From Fistulifera solaris (lineage: Eukaryota), in contig AP026126.1 of the NCBI GenBank assembly GCA_030295235.1, forward strand, positions 620,001 through 684,000: a stretch of DNA of 64,000 nt, in the 5' to 3' direction. How positions within the stretch are numbered: position 1 is the stretch's first letter; every line of letters starts with the position of its first letter. A program made the position numbers and the translations under genes. This document shows positions 50,484-63,161 of this stretch, one piece after another. The notes beneath the pieces were generated by a model. The model was not told the DNA's origin. It was given only the letters and a program-made list of their open reading frames with translations, and made no database searches.

Positions 50484-52877
50484 ATGGACGACGGGGAAAC
50501 GCAAGAAAGCTTGACAATGTCACTATCAAACGCCGAAGACGCTCCGCCATCTCTACCGAAAATGCATTCTTTGGTACAATGCCGAACCGAGAATTATTGG
50601 GAAATTGAATCGTCGGGCGAGAATTGGCTGCGATTCATTAAGGCGAGTTCAGAACCTCCTTTCGAAAGTCAGGCATCCGATGAAAGTGAACAAGAAAGCA
50701 ATAAATCAAAAGTCTTTGCGACTATTGCATCAACGGAACCTCGAACTCAAGCATCAACTGACAGTGCAGCAAAGGAGATGATAATCCAGCTAGAAGTCTG
50801 CTTTGTGACAGATATCGGTTACTTACTAGCTGTCAAAGCCATGGAAGATTCCCACGGAAAATTATACACCATGCGAAAGGAAGATTACGCGGCAAGATCT
50901 CGGAAGTTGTTGACGCATCGAAAGCTCCATCTCATGAGACCTGGGGACAAGATATGTTACATCCAGGGCAACGACCAACTTTTGATGGAGTACAAGTGCG
51001 AGACGGTCATCGAAACATCGCACTCGCAGAATCTGGGACGGGAAAGCTTGTCGTATTTGGATAACACCCAAGAAACGGATGTCCCGATAACACAGCGCGA
51101 CGTTCGAAAAAGCCACGATGGCATCTTCTTCACACAAGATCATGATCCGGACGACCCGTATTCACAAACGACAAAGGAGTCTGTCGTGCCTCCGAAAACT
51201 GATGTTTCATTGCAACAAGCAAATAAAACAGAAAATGTAAAAGTCATTGACGATGCAATCATGAGTCAAGCAAGCTCCGGCGATACCACAATAGATCCTG
51301 ATGAGGTTCAGGAAGACACAATTTCGCCAAAGGGTGCCCAATCTTCAAAGCGCGCGCGAGAGAGTCCCACGAGTGTCGACACCGAAGATGATAACGGTGA
51401 ATTTGGTCCAAGCTTAACGCATAAAGAGCCACCGCAAAGCGCAAAATCATTGATACTTTCAGCTCAATTGTTGAATGATCAAAAGCCTGCCACTAGAGAT
51501 GAAATGAAAGAAAGTTCAGGTTCCCTAACTGTACAAAAAGAGAAAAAAGACTCCAATCGGTGATGAGGTCGAAGATAGTAGTGATTTACTTGTTTCTGAG
51601 TCGCTTCACAATCACAACGGAACATTGAAACCCGCACCGACGCTGGAGCAATTGCCTGAATTGATGAATGATTGTAAGACCCCCGGTAAAGATGACTTTG
51701 CACAACCTCCTGATGCCCAACCCCAACGTGAGAAAGCAAAAGAACCTTCCCTAGGCGATGGAATCAAAGAAAGTAGTGATTTATTTGTTTCGGACTTGGT
51801 AAACAATGCAGCTTCAAAAGCCAAAGAAGTGGTGAAGCATTCACCTGCAGTGATGAAAGATCGAGAGACAGAAACGTCTGGTTCCCAAGCTGTAAAAAGT
51901 GACAAAGCGAAAGAGACTCCCATAAACGATCGCTCACCTGACGCCATGAACGACAGAGAGATTCCCGGTGGTGAAGTCGAGGAAAGTCCTAGTTTGTTTG
52001 CCCCAACACAACCTGCCGACTTGTTTAGCGCTGCAACAAATGGTGAAGTCAGTCATCCTTTGTCGCCTGATGATACGCAAATCAAGAAACAATCAAACCA
52101 ATCATCCACGCGGAAACGGGCGTTTGTGGTTTCTGATAGAGTGACACCGCTCAAAACCAGATCTGAACCTGTGCGGATGACGAGATCGAGGACGGGATCT
52201 GCAGTTAAGCATCCTCGGAGTGGTGGAAAGAGTGGCAAAGGTCCGCAGATATTAGTGACTGGGTACGAGGTGGACAGCATTATGGAAGAGGTAGGTCCAA
52301 TGATTATAATTGTCCATTATCCATTTCTTCTTCTCATCTTTTTGGAACCTAGCTTGTGAGCAAAATAGGAGGTACAATAATACATGACCTGTCAGAAGCG
52401 AAGACAGCAACGCACGTCGTGGCGAAAGACCTGAAACGGACGATAAAGCTGATGATTGGATTATGCTGTACTGATAAAATAGTCTCTCTTGAGTGGCTCC
52501 GTGCATCTGCCGAAAGTGAAACGCCACTTCCCTGCAACAGCTATCTTGTTATCGACAGGAAACTCTCGAATAAGATAATTAACAACCTTCAGAGAGGCAA
52601 GGTCCTGGAACAGTGCAGGTTCTACTTTTGCGACTCCATTACGAAGCCTCCACCTAATGAATGTCGTTTACTGGTTGAAGCAGCTGGAGGCACTATGCTC
52701 ACTGATCGGTTGTTGTCGAAAAATACACCAATTGAAAATCTTTTCCTGATTAGGAAGGGTAGCAGTTTTTCGAGGAAAGAAAAAGCCCTGTGCATGTCAT
52801 ATATCGATGCTGGTGCGGCTGTATGGACGCTTGAGGAGCTTCTAGCCACGTTGATGACTCAGTCACGCGCCCAATGA
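50484..52877 (+). CDS. SQ/TQ-rich tandem-BRCT protein (MDC1/PTIP-like DNA damage mediator)
   Basis: C-terminal ILVTG..KIGG..ATHVV..KRTIKLMIGL..IVSLEWL plus a second BRCT; many S/TQ sites. Frameshift at A-run 51543-51549; intron 52291-52352. Confidence 0.75.
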
Positions 52878-52948
52878 AAGCTTTTCAACATCGTAAACTC
52901 CTAAACATCTTTACTACACTGAGTAGAAGTAGTTTCGTCCATTTGAAC

Positions 52949-55900
52949 TTACAGGTCGGCTCGGTCCACTGTCCCACTTCGAACGTGTCGAGTGTTCTGA
53001 ATTTCCTCACTATCGTCAAAGTCTTTATCTATGCTTTCGACCATCGCCATGCCCGTCAGTGGACATTCGGCTGCAATCAGGCCATCCAGCTCCCCTTGAA
53101 ACTCGGATCTCGCTTTTTCTTTTTCATTCAGACGTCCAATCTGATCTTCCAGTTCTGTAACACGAGATCGTTGCTTGTCGTTGAGATGGGGTATAACGAG
53201 AGACCTTAGTGAGCTCGAAAGGAAAACATAACCAGAAGGGAAAACATAGAAGGGTTCTCCTGAACCAAGCACTGGCTTGTTTGTCATTGCACAGCGGGCA
53301 TCGCTGCTAAGCTTCATATGGTGGTTTTGAAGTCTTTGGATTTCCGATCGATACAAATCGCACGTCCGATCGCATTCGCCCATCTCCTTCAGTAAACGGT
53401 CGATTTTGGTGGAATATGAAGTAAGCGCTTCGCATATTTCGTCTTTGATTTCATCAATCCTTGTAAAATCAGGCCTGTCGATTACAAATGTTAGCCATGC
53501 TTTCAATTGAAATAAAAGCACTTGTCATACGTACAGAAATGGAAGCACGTCTTCAATCGAAAGTACATCGGGTCCGCAATCCTTCAACACGCTGACGACT
53601 CTGGCAACGACATCTCTTCCATGTAAACTACCATCAGACGCAGCATTCTTCGCAATCATGAGCCACAAACGCTTCCGTTCTTCGAGTTCTACACTTTCTT
53701 GAGCCAGCTCACGCGCTAGTTCGGGGTCGACTTTTAAACAAAGTTCCACAGCTTGGTATCTCATCCCAAAACCCATGTACAGCTTGACAGCAGAGCGGAA
53801 ATGACGCCCCGAGCTTAACACAGTACGCAGCGCGTATGACATATCAAGTGGTCCCATCTCATCGGTTGAGATGGAAAGACTGTCTTCATTTAGCATGGCT
53901 TGCTTTGTAGCTAAAGACGTTTCAGAGACAACATACTTTGTGAGAAAACGTAGCAAAGGTTCTTCGTCGTCAAGCTTGATGTAGAGCGACAAAAGGTATC
54001 TGAAGATAGCACTACTTCGGCATCCTTGCTGAATAACTCCTTCGAAGTATTTGATTAAAATGCTCGAATTTTCAACGAATGAAGAGGCGTGGGGAAACTC
54101 GATTCAATGTTTACTTCGTAACCTCCGGAGGAAAACGGTCGATCCGTCTACATGAATATCTAATGCTTCTTTGCTCTCTTCTTTTCCAGAGGAACTATTC
54201 ACTCGCTCCTCTATAGCTCGTACCCGAAGACGCTCGCACCTTGTCCTTTCATAGTTCATCATTGAAGGAAGCAACTTTAGGGGACTCAAACCCTTTGAAT
54301 ATTGTGCTAGGAAGCTTTCAACTGCCTCTACAGGTATCCTTGTTAGCCATGTAAAGGCGTGTTTGTAGTAGAGTGGTTCAGCGAGATCAAATGGAGCGTC
54401 GTTGAGGATTTTTAGAGCCGAAGATGCTCCAGTCTTTTAATTTAAACAATCGTTAGAAGCGGTGCATCCAAAACCAAATTTCTTAGGTGAACTTACTGAT
54501 TGAGAACCGATACTGAGAGAAGCATTCACCGCGGTGCTTAAATCACCACTCTTTGCTGCAAAAGCAGCGCACTCACTAGCTCCAATGTCGTGGGAAGCAA
54601 GAATTTTCAGTACAGTCTTAGCGTCCATATTCTCAATGTTAGCGTCCAGAAACTGAGCCAGCATTACAGTGCCTCCGGTCGACATCGGTCCGTTGTTGCA
54701 ATCCAGCATCCCTTCTCTTTCATGGAGAATGAGTTCAGTAAGCCACGCACCAATCATCGTACAAGTCATTTTATCATCCTTCACACGGCCCGCTCGCATT
54801 TTGTCGTTCAAGTATGTTATAAGCGGTATATTTGAAGTGGTTAGGCAATCAAGAGCTTCCGGTGAAAGGTCCAAAGAGCTGCTGTCGTCAATACCAAGTC
54901 TTGGTAGAGCAAGTCGAATGGATGAATCTGCGAAAGGTTTCAAAACAGCAGGACATTGAGCCATGTACTTTGCTGCTAATTCTGCACGGCCATGACTAAG
55001 ATGATACTCTGCTCTGACTGCAGTGACGACGGCTTTCTGAGCATTGTTGGTGCACAAAGTTTTAGCCTGTTCAAAAGTGCTTCTTGAGCCTTTTCTTCAG
55101 CGGTTAATACCGTTGGAATATTAGTCCGAGTGCGCGCCTCCTTTGAAACCGCACAACGGGACGGAGTAGAAGGCATACTTTTATTTTTCAATTGCAAGTC
55201 AAGACATTTTTTCAGGGTAAATTTCCAAACGTCACGATCTTCTTGAGTTGATGATATGTGCACCAGAGATCGTCCCTTCCGGAGCCAAACTTGATCCGGC
55301 CGTCGAACGTCCATCAAAAGCTCACCGACGCCAATCAGCGTCTCGTCGGCGTTACCTTGAGCACCCACATCAACATGTTCTTTTGAATCATCCTTTGAGC
55401 TACGCGACTCAGGAAACGAATCTCGTTCAACTCATTCAAGGTAATCAAATGGTGCGGAGTAAGTGCGAGCGAAACAGGCGTGTCCGAAATCGACTTGCTC
55501 CCCCCTTCGTACGGCAATATGCCGGATTCAATTATCATGCCGCTACTGCTGCTTGAAAGCACTGCCGAACTTGACAATGATCGATCAATAGTGCCGTAAA
55601 AATTCCTGTTGCAGTGCGCAACCCGAAATGGTCGTTACAAATGCGCAAATCTGCAAAATCGACGGAACCCGGAAGATCCATCAGAGAAGAATGCTGCTGA
55701 TCCGCCACGACCATCCCAAAAGATGAATTGTGCGCAGAGTAAAATGTATAAAACCGTGTGCGTTTGCTTCTTCCAGATGTCGCTGCCATAACCAATAATC
55801 CCGTCCTCAAGCGTTCGAAATGAAGTCCTGTAACGGCTGCACCAACTTCTGTCGGATCCGCACTATCGCTTGCGTAAAGCTTGTGCAAGAGAAGTGGTTG

Positions 55901-56876
55901 AGGTAAGATCTCCTCCTGGTCTTCGCTGTTTGAGGAAACAAGAGAATACTCGTAAATTTCGCCATGGCTCGTTCCAAGTAGTATCCGCTTGCTAGACCCT
56001 TCAGTTCCCCGTTCATTATCCCAAGCGACTGCCGTCACCCAGGAGCCTGTTGTTAGACCCTTTTGAATTTTTGGACTGAGGGGTTTCATCTCGACGTCCT
56101 GCCACAGAACTGGCAGAAATACCGGTAAGAACGTCTTTTGTCAAAAGACTACCATCTGCGTTTCGGCCAAAGCCCGGCAATTTGCTGACCTGTCGTTGAC
56201 TACTGTGAAGATAATAAGCTTCTCCGTTGATTGCCGAAAGAAAGGTGTGACTCGCCGTGGGATCCACAAACACGTGCGCAATGCGGCTATTTCCTTCCAC
56301 GGGTGGCGGTAACGCGACCCACTGATCCGCCATACCTCCCCGACGAACGTTCCAACGGCTCACAAGGCGCAATGTCGGTTGACCCGGGCACTCCAAAGCG
56401 GCAACAATCCATCCATTGGCGGCAGTCACACAGCCGGGTCGCGGCGGGCGTATCGGGCGCGAAGACCCAGCATCCACCATCTCATCATCTGACTTTTCGG
56501 AAGCAGCTGATGTATTGAGCACGCGACTCATGAATCCAGATAAACCGTAGCCGCCGTCGCTACTGCGTCCATCTCCCGTCGCAGTAGCGGCTTGTGCGGT
56601 ATCGCTCTGCGCCGAAGCATTTGCTTTTCCCGTGCTGAAAGGAGTATTTTTGGTTATCCCAAGCTGCTGGCCGGCTTGTTTGCTCGCCTTGAGGAGTCGA
56701 TTGTAATTCTGCAACGACAAAGTACTTGGAATAGGCCATTCTACGTGGCGGGCGGCCCAAATGGGTGGCTCGCCCGGCGGAGCAGCTCGACGAGGACGCC
56801 CTGACATGACGCGGTGCTGTCGTAAAGAGGCCGACGACGTGCGAGTAGTTTCGTCGAAGGGATTTGTACTACTCAT
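52949..56876 (-). CDS. VPS18: Vacuolar protein sorting 18 (Pep3), HOPS/CORVET subunit
   Basis: HVFVDPTASH, VTAVAW, ILLGT..GEIYE, LALTPHH, EDRDVW, RKRLWLMIAK, LSIEDVLPFLPDF..IDEIK..IC.AL..Y and IAAECP motifs. Introns 54434-54496 and 53475-53534; several frameshifts. Confidence 0.92.
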
Positions 56877-57764
56877 GGTTCCTCTTCTGGTATACGCAAT
56901 ATAATTAGCTTTTTTGCTGGGCTGCAGTGTAGAAAATAAACTAGTTGGTTACTTTTGAAATGCACAGATCACTTTATATCACTTCGGTTATTGCGATGTG
57001 ATTGTTTGTGTTGTTGTTGCGTTTCAATCTTTGCTTTACTTTGTATTGTGCAGTAAGGTTACCAAAGCAAGAACCGGTAACTGGTACAGTACGGTACTGT
57101 GGGAGCTTCGTCTTACCGTTAATCGAATCGTGACAGAAATGCAGTCAGTCGTGGTAAAAGGGAGTCTACATTTTACTCTATTGTTATTTGAGAAGTCAAG
57201 TTTCCAAGGCTTCTAGACCTGCTTACATTTATTTTTAGATACTAAACGTAACTACCGTTCATAGAAATTAGAAATAAGCACATCTCCATCGACAGCAATG
57301 ATAAGGAGTACAGCTTTTGTCTACGGACAACTCCACGACGGCAATTGCTCACTCTGTTTTTCGGAAAGCGTGGTTACTGTCGTACAACTCATTTGCTGTC
57401 ATCTGGAAATAGTTGAACATAGTTATAGACAGCCGCTTCATCAATCCTTCTTGCATTTTCAGTCTTTTACTAGGTGACACTAATTGAAGGGAGATGCATT
57501 GTAGTCATGAAGGAACTTTGACGCCATTCAGTCGGCCGTGTCCTCTACGAAAGCATTTCAAATGATCAAATAATGTACAAGCATAAAAATCTGCAATTGC
57601 GTTAATGTAGTCTGATTATAGAAAGACTCAAAATTCATCAACGAATCAAGTCACTTTTAGCCAGGTATTAACAACGGAAGGTGGTGGGACCGATCTGAAA
57701 CTGGAACGAAGGAAAAGCTGGAACCGTTCTATATTATCCACAATTAATTGGCGTAAGAAATATA

Positions 57765-58119
57765 TTACATATCTCCCTGTCTCTTTTGAAGCGCTTCTTG
57801 TACGTGTGCTCTCGTTTCTAGGTAGCGGTCTTGACAAGCACCCATACAAGCCTGTTCTCGACTGTCCAATCGGTCACCCTTTTGTTTGAATGAATCACAC
57901 GAAAAGACAAAATAAGATCCAGTTTACTAGACAGAGAAAGGTTGTCGCCTCTTGAGTATCACGTACCGACTGTCCCACGCAAAGGTTAAAGCAGTTCGAA
58001 ACCATTTGCTTCATCATCTCTTGCATCACTTGCTGATTCGCTTCTTGCTGCGCCTTGACCATGATTGCTTGACGCTGTTCGGGAGACAGCTGACTAATTT
58101 GAGCTCCGAGGTCTGCCAT
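57765..58119 (-). CDS. TIM13: Mitochondrial small Tim chaperone (Tim13/Tim8-like)
   Basis: Twin CX3C (CFNLC and CMGAC) followed by DRY; intron 57879-57966. Confidence 0.8.
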
Positions 58120-58350
58120 CTTTAAGTAAATGAATTCAAAGAAATAAAAGGTACGATAGGAGTTGACGACAAGTTTGTGCGGTTTGCGCTTGCTTGCTTG
58201 CTTATTGCGATTGCAGGGTTTCTTCCCGTCTGTCCGTCCGTTCAAGTACGGTTGGAAAATCGAACCAACGCCGTATCGGACACATCTGAGACAGGAACAC
58301 CGATAAAGAAATAGACAATGATTTTCTTATAATTTATCTCTGGCGTTGCC

Positions 58351-58388
58351 ATTGATTGATTGATTGATTGATTGATTGCTTGCTTGCT
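58351..58388. repeat. (ATTG)n/(TTGC)n microsatellite
   Basis: Seven ATTG units followed by CTTG units. Confidence 0.9.
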
Positions 58389-58632
58389 GAAATCGAAGAA
58401 CGATACTGGTACGAGAACTTACACAAACTATTATTATTTCCATTCATGACTGAAATCCAATCGGGAATACCTCGGCCACTTCAAGCGCTATCCTGTAACC
58501 TTACGGTGTAAATCGATTGCGACGAAGGAACGCGAAGAGGCGAAATGCGAGGACGATGACGATGATGGGTTATTTCAGTCATTCATCCTTACCAGGTATT
58601 CGTAATCATCACTTGATCCTCGAGACACGATC

Positions 58633-59393
58633 ATGAGATCGGTACGCTGCTCTTCTTTACTAATGGCGGCTCTTACTGTGGTCATTCATGCTTTCTCCGC
58701 ACCCAAATCAACACCAGCATCCTTCCGCATCGTCGGCGATTCTCGAACAGGTACCCAATTCCTGCCGACATCATACGCTTTACGTTTCGCTCGATGGGAA
58801 CTGGACCGAGAAAGCCACCTGATTCGAACGGATGACCATCCTTTGCTTCAATATCATCCGATGGCGTATATATCCGACCGACGATGGACTTTGTGCTGAA
58901 AGGGGGCGTACCCGCATATTGTATGGTGGGGCTTCAAACTATCTCTTCCAGAAGTGATGCCGGTTCTCTGCATTCATCCACCATCGCCCAACAGTGGTTA
59001 CCGTTTGACATGATTGTAGAACCTAATATGCGGTTACTGGTCTTCCGCGGAGAAGCTGATGGAACAGACGAAAGACTAGCACTCTTTGGTCCGGATGATG
59101 TCGGTATGGCCTTACAGCGATTGGGCGTTGCCCTTTCCATGGAATCGGAACACAGTGAGCAGCTAAATCAGGGCTTTCATATCGTTTCCATACCGGTAAA
59201 TGACGAATGGATCAGTGTTACGAAAGAAGAAGAGCATAGATTAGAAGGCCTCCTCCCAACAATAACCTGCATGGTTACGGCGGAACCGGAGCCTAGAGAA
59301 TTGCTCACCCTTGACGATTCTCTTCTCGAACTCACGGCGACGTCTCTACTTCAATTTAACCTGGAGAATACCATTCAAGAACCCATAATGTAA
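58633..59393 (+). CDS. Hypothetical protein, probably plastid-targeted
   Basis: Signal peptide followed by HAFSAP; two overlapping ORFs joined by a frameshift at about 58830-58890. Confidence 0.6.
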
Positions 59394-59521
59394 CCCCACA
59401 AATAATCATCCTAAATCTATCGAAGCTATCCACAAATCTTATGTCACCATTTTTCGGAGACTTAAAGTGGAAGTGAAAATTGAACACATATGAGTTGTAA
59501 ATTGATTAACAGTACATCTTA

Positions 59522-62500
59522 CTACCTGAAATACACAATGGCTCTCTTCTCTTCGAATTCCAGCTTCTTCTCGAGCAATTCTTTCCGTCTTTGGTCTAAT
59601 TTCTCTCGCATGGTGCGTTTCATCTCATCGCCGTTTGTGTCAAGGATTGCTCCTTTCGCTGGTGGTGCAGATTCACGTTTGGCGTTCGATAAGTTGTTGC
59701 TGGCAAGCTCAGTCTTATTGGATGCCAGAGATGCAGTGTCTGCCAGATGCTGCGAAGATATCTGATCCGTGTTTTCTGCCTCTGGATTATCATTCACGGA
59801 AGGTTGAAAAGCAACATCCTTCTCGTTGGCAGCGGCGTCACTTGCACTATCAAGTTGTTGATGGTAAGCTCGAGACATTTCTCTGATTTCTGCATGCCGT
59901 TCTCCCCCCAATCCATCCAAAACGATCTCAACGTTTTTGGTAGGTCCATCTTTCATCGAAGTGTCCGATGTTCCCGCGAGACTCTCGTCTATTGAAAAAA
60001 GAGACGACCCAGAATAGGCGGAAGTTTTTCGTGGCTGAAGATCAGCATTGGGATTGGTATCGTTATATGGCAAACTTTCTAAATCGTCAGAGAGTCGACT
60101 CAAAACTGGTCCCTCCAGACCCGATATTCGTGTCGTGCCGATGTGCTTTACGTTGAATCTGCCGCCACTGGCGCTTGCCGCAGTTGCGTCTGTCCCTTGC
60201 CTTCCACCATTCTTTTTGACCTTGTATGCTTGAATCATGATTGGCACGAAAATAAGAAGCTGCATCGACATACTGATGGCAAAAACAAGAAATACCTGAA
60301 GAAAATATCGAGCCGTGGGGTTATCACTGTCAATCAGAAAAAGCATAGGAAACCCGACGGCAATTAGCTGAAACCAACTGAACAGTCCAACGCCCATGTT
60401 TTTAGCTTCGCTGAATTCGTCGCTAATATTTCGAGCTTGATAGGCCTGCTTGCAAGCAACGAACAATGCCACAACATTCACAGCGCCCACTAGCATACTC
60501 ATCGTGAAGGAAATGGGTGTGCGACTGCCATCGTCGCTACTCTGACAGCTTCCGTATGTATTCCACGGTTCCCCTGCGATCTCGAGCCGTACAAATCGCA
60601 AGGGATCAGCGAGAGTCCAGACAAGCATGAATGTAAAATTCAGTGTGAATAACAAAGCAAATGGAGCCATGACGTCTACCTCCCTGACTCTCATTCGGCG
60701 CGAAGATGCCCCAAAAAGCTTATTGATGCGCCAAAGCTTGGAGAATAAAGCTGACATAGCGACCGTGAAACCCATACTTAAGAGCCATGGCGATGACATA
60801 CAAGCGATGTCGCAACCACGCTGCGAGCTTGTCCCATCATCAATACTCAGGGGGATGATCGCAAGCGCCATAACCAGCATCCCGGTCGAAATCGTCATGA
60901 GAAAGAAAGGCTGAAGAGTCTTCACAATCCGCAGGTTGCGGTAGTACCATACCCATCCGGATAGGAAAAGGGATGCGATGACAGCAACAGCTGCGAGAGT
61001 AAAACCAAGATACTTGATTGGCCCCAGATGATTGAAATTTTCCACCGGAGAAACACGCATTAAAACCTCAAATGTTGCATCCTGGCCGGCACAGCCGGGG
61101 AAACTGCCACCATTGAGCACAGCGAATGCTACAGTACCTTGGGCAGTTCCAGGCTCGAGTTCTGAAGTAGCAGCCTGAAAGGAATACTGAATTCGTCCGC
61201 CTGAGGGAACGGAGATCGGTTCGCCTTCCACAACTTGAATAGTGTCGCCTGATTCGAACTTAGCAGTAGAATAATTGAGCCAAGCTGGTTTTGACTTGGG
61301 AACAACCATCACCTGATCAAGCTCGCTATTGACCATTGAAATTTGGCCATCAATCTCATCTTGTGAACCTTGAAGCCCATTGAACTCCAATGCTTCGCTA
61401 AGAAATGAAACAGCAATTCTCTCGGGGCACTTTTCACATATTGATAGCGTTGGTTGCCAGAAAGTACCTGGAAGACAGTCGTCTGCAGTCTGGATGAAAT
61501 TAAGGGACATCATCGCGGAAGTATCGTTCACAATTCGATCACCAATCACAGCTTCGTATGGGGCATCTAGTTCCTGTAGATAGGCTGTAACAATATCCTG
61601 TACCAATATAGCATCAGAGGTCTTACCAGGTTCCTCTCCTGGGGTAACAAGGTCATCCACCAGAAATTCAGGGAAGGGATCGAAACCACCGCACAAATAG
61701 CTATCGGTAGAAAATTTGTAGAGTTTCAGTTGCTCGAGCGGTGCGTATTCTTCTGCCTCAGGGTCCCACACTTCGATAGCCACAAGTCTCTCGCCTTCTC
61801 TTTCCTTGTTGAAAACAACTTTCATGCCGGATACCTGTAAAAGTCTATCGCCATCATTTGTGTTTTCTCCTTCAAAAGTGGCCACATTGATGGAGTAATT
61901 AAACATCTTAAATACCGAAATCCCATTCATAACGCCAGTGCATGGGTTATTTGGAAACGGCAAGGCAGCCCAGATATCGGAGACACGTACATCGCCAGCT
62001 TCCCACCCCGATCCACGATATCCTCCGCTACTTGAAATAGAAAAGTCGGCTTTTGACCACCACCGAAGCGCATCGGTAAACAAGTTTCCCAATTCACATT
62101 CACCGGCTTTACAGCGTCGATAGTCTCCATCGCGACTGGCAGGCATAAAGGTAGCCTGGCCAACTACTGGATCATTCGCGGCTGCCTGGTTCGCTTGCTC
62201 CCTTAAAGCGGCAATATTTGACGCGTACTCTTCATCTTTCAGAGTACCATTTAAGGTGTCCAAGCCATGTCCAATAAACTCGACACCGGTCACGCTTTTC
62301 CCATCTGGGCTGAGCGTAAGTGTGTGATGATAGTATTCATCCGAATTGAGATCGACGCTCGTAACCCATACGCTATCAACTTTTTGAGGAATCTCGAAAG
62401 CTGGGTCGTTTCCATCGACATCAATAAAAAAGCGCAGGGGGGTTTGTGTGGTTGGTGACGGCTGTCTTAAATACTTCGTATTTTTCAAAACTATCAGCGA

Positions 62501-63161
62501 AAACAACAACAGGAATCCAACATCGGGTGTCACTATGGTCAGTTCGGTTCAAGAACGTATCGTAAATGCCGTAAATTTCACCAGAGCAACCGTTCTGAAC
62601 ATTGATACGCGCAATATAATCAAGTACACCCAGAGTTGACTCGATTTGATTGAAAGTCATTGGCTGGCCATCATTGATATTGACGAGAACGGCCAAGCGA
62701 GTTTCGTCGTCAAAAAAGACCGGTACTGTGTATCGCGACCAACTTATGCTGGGAGGTATTGCTACATTTGTGAGCAAGTAAGGAAAGTCTTCACTTTGCA
62801 ACCCCGACAAGTCTCGCTGAGAAATGTCAAAGTCCCCATTGTGTTGTGTCAAAAGACTCGGAGGGGCCGTGAAGACACGAAAACCGAAAATGTCTTGAAA
62901 GACTAATCGATTGACATTCCATACCAGTGGATGCATCTGCACAAAGGGACTGTCTCTATCCGCAAAAGGTAGAACGAGCGAGGGCTCCCCTTTTCCGTAG
63001 TATCGCAAGAAAGCCGTAACAGCAGCCACTCCGCCTAAGCAAGATTCGTCCTGTGCATCCGCACAATCCGTCAGCTCTCCGCTTAACAAAGGCGCCCCCG
63101 AAAGAACGAAATGTATCGTTTTGTTCACTATCGTTGCATTCATGTTGTCTTGTTCGCTCAT
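59522..63161 (-). CDS. Class C (GABA-B-like, 7tm_3) GPCR with a 5'-nucleotidase-like ectodomain
   Basis: 7TM: VKTLQPFFL, CMSSPWLLSMGF, LFSKLWRINKLF, WTLADPL, AYQARNISDEFSE, LIFVP. Nucleotidase C-domain: ECELGNLFTDA, GGYRG, LPFPN, LQVSGM. One extra base in A-run 62426-62431 joins ORF 62421-63296; start uncertain. Confidence 0.88.

Noticed and set aside
51560..51625. Apparent intron between two ORFs of the BRCT gene
   Set aside because: The segment reads through in frame with the downstream ORF and repeats a coding motif, so an A-run frameshift explains it.
32328..56876. Functional cluster of trafficking genes (ARP1, CASP, TPLATE-like, VPS18)
   Set aside because: Interspersed with unrelated genes; compatible with chance without synteny or co-expression data.
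7680..62431. Frameshifts in most conserved genes (mass pseudogenisation or programmed frameshifting?)
   Set aside because: Both gains and losses of single bases occur, mostly in homopolymers (for example 18975, 24106-24109, 48873-48879, 51543-51549, 62426-62431). They hit essential genes with otherwise intact motifs and share no slippery signal. Sequencing error is the simplest explanation; short-read polishing would confirm.
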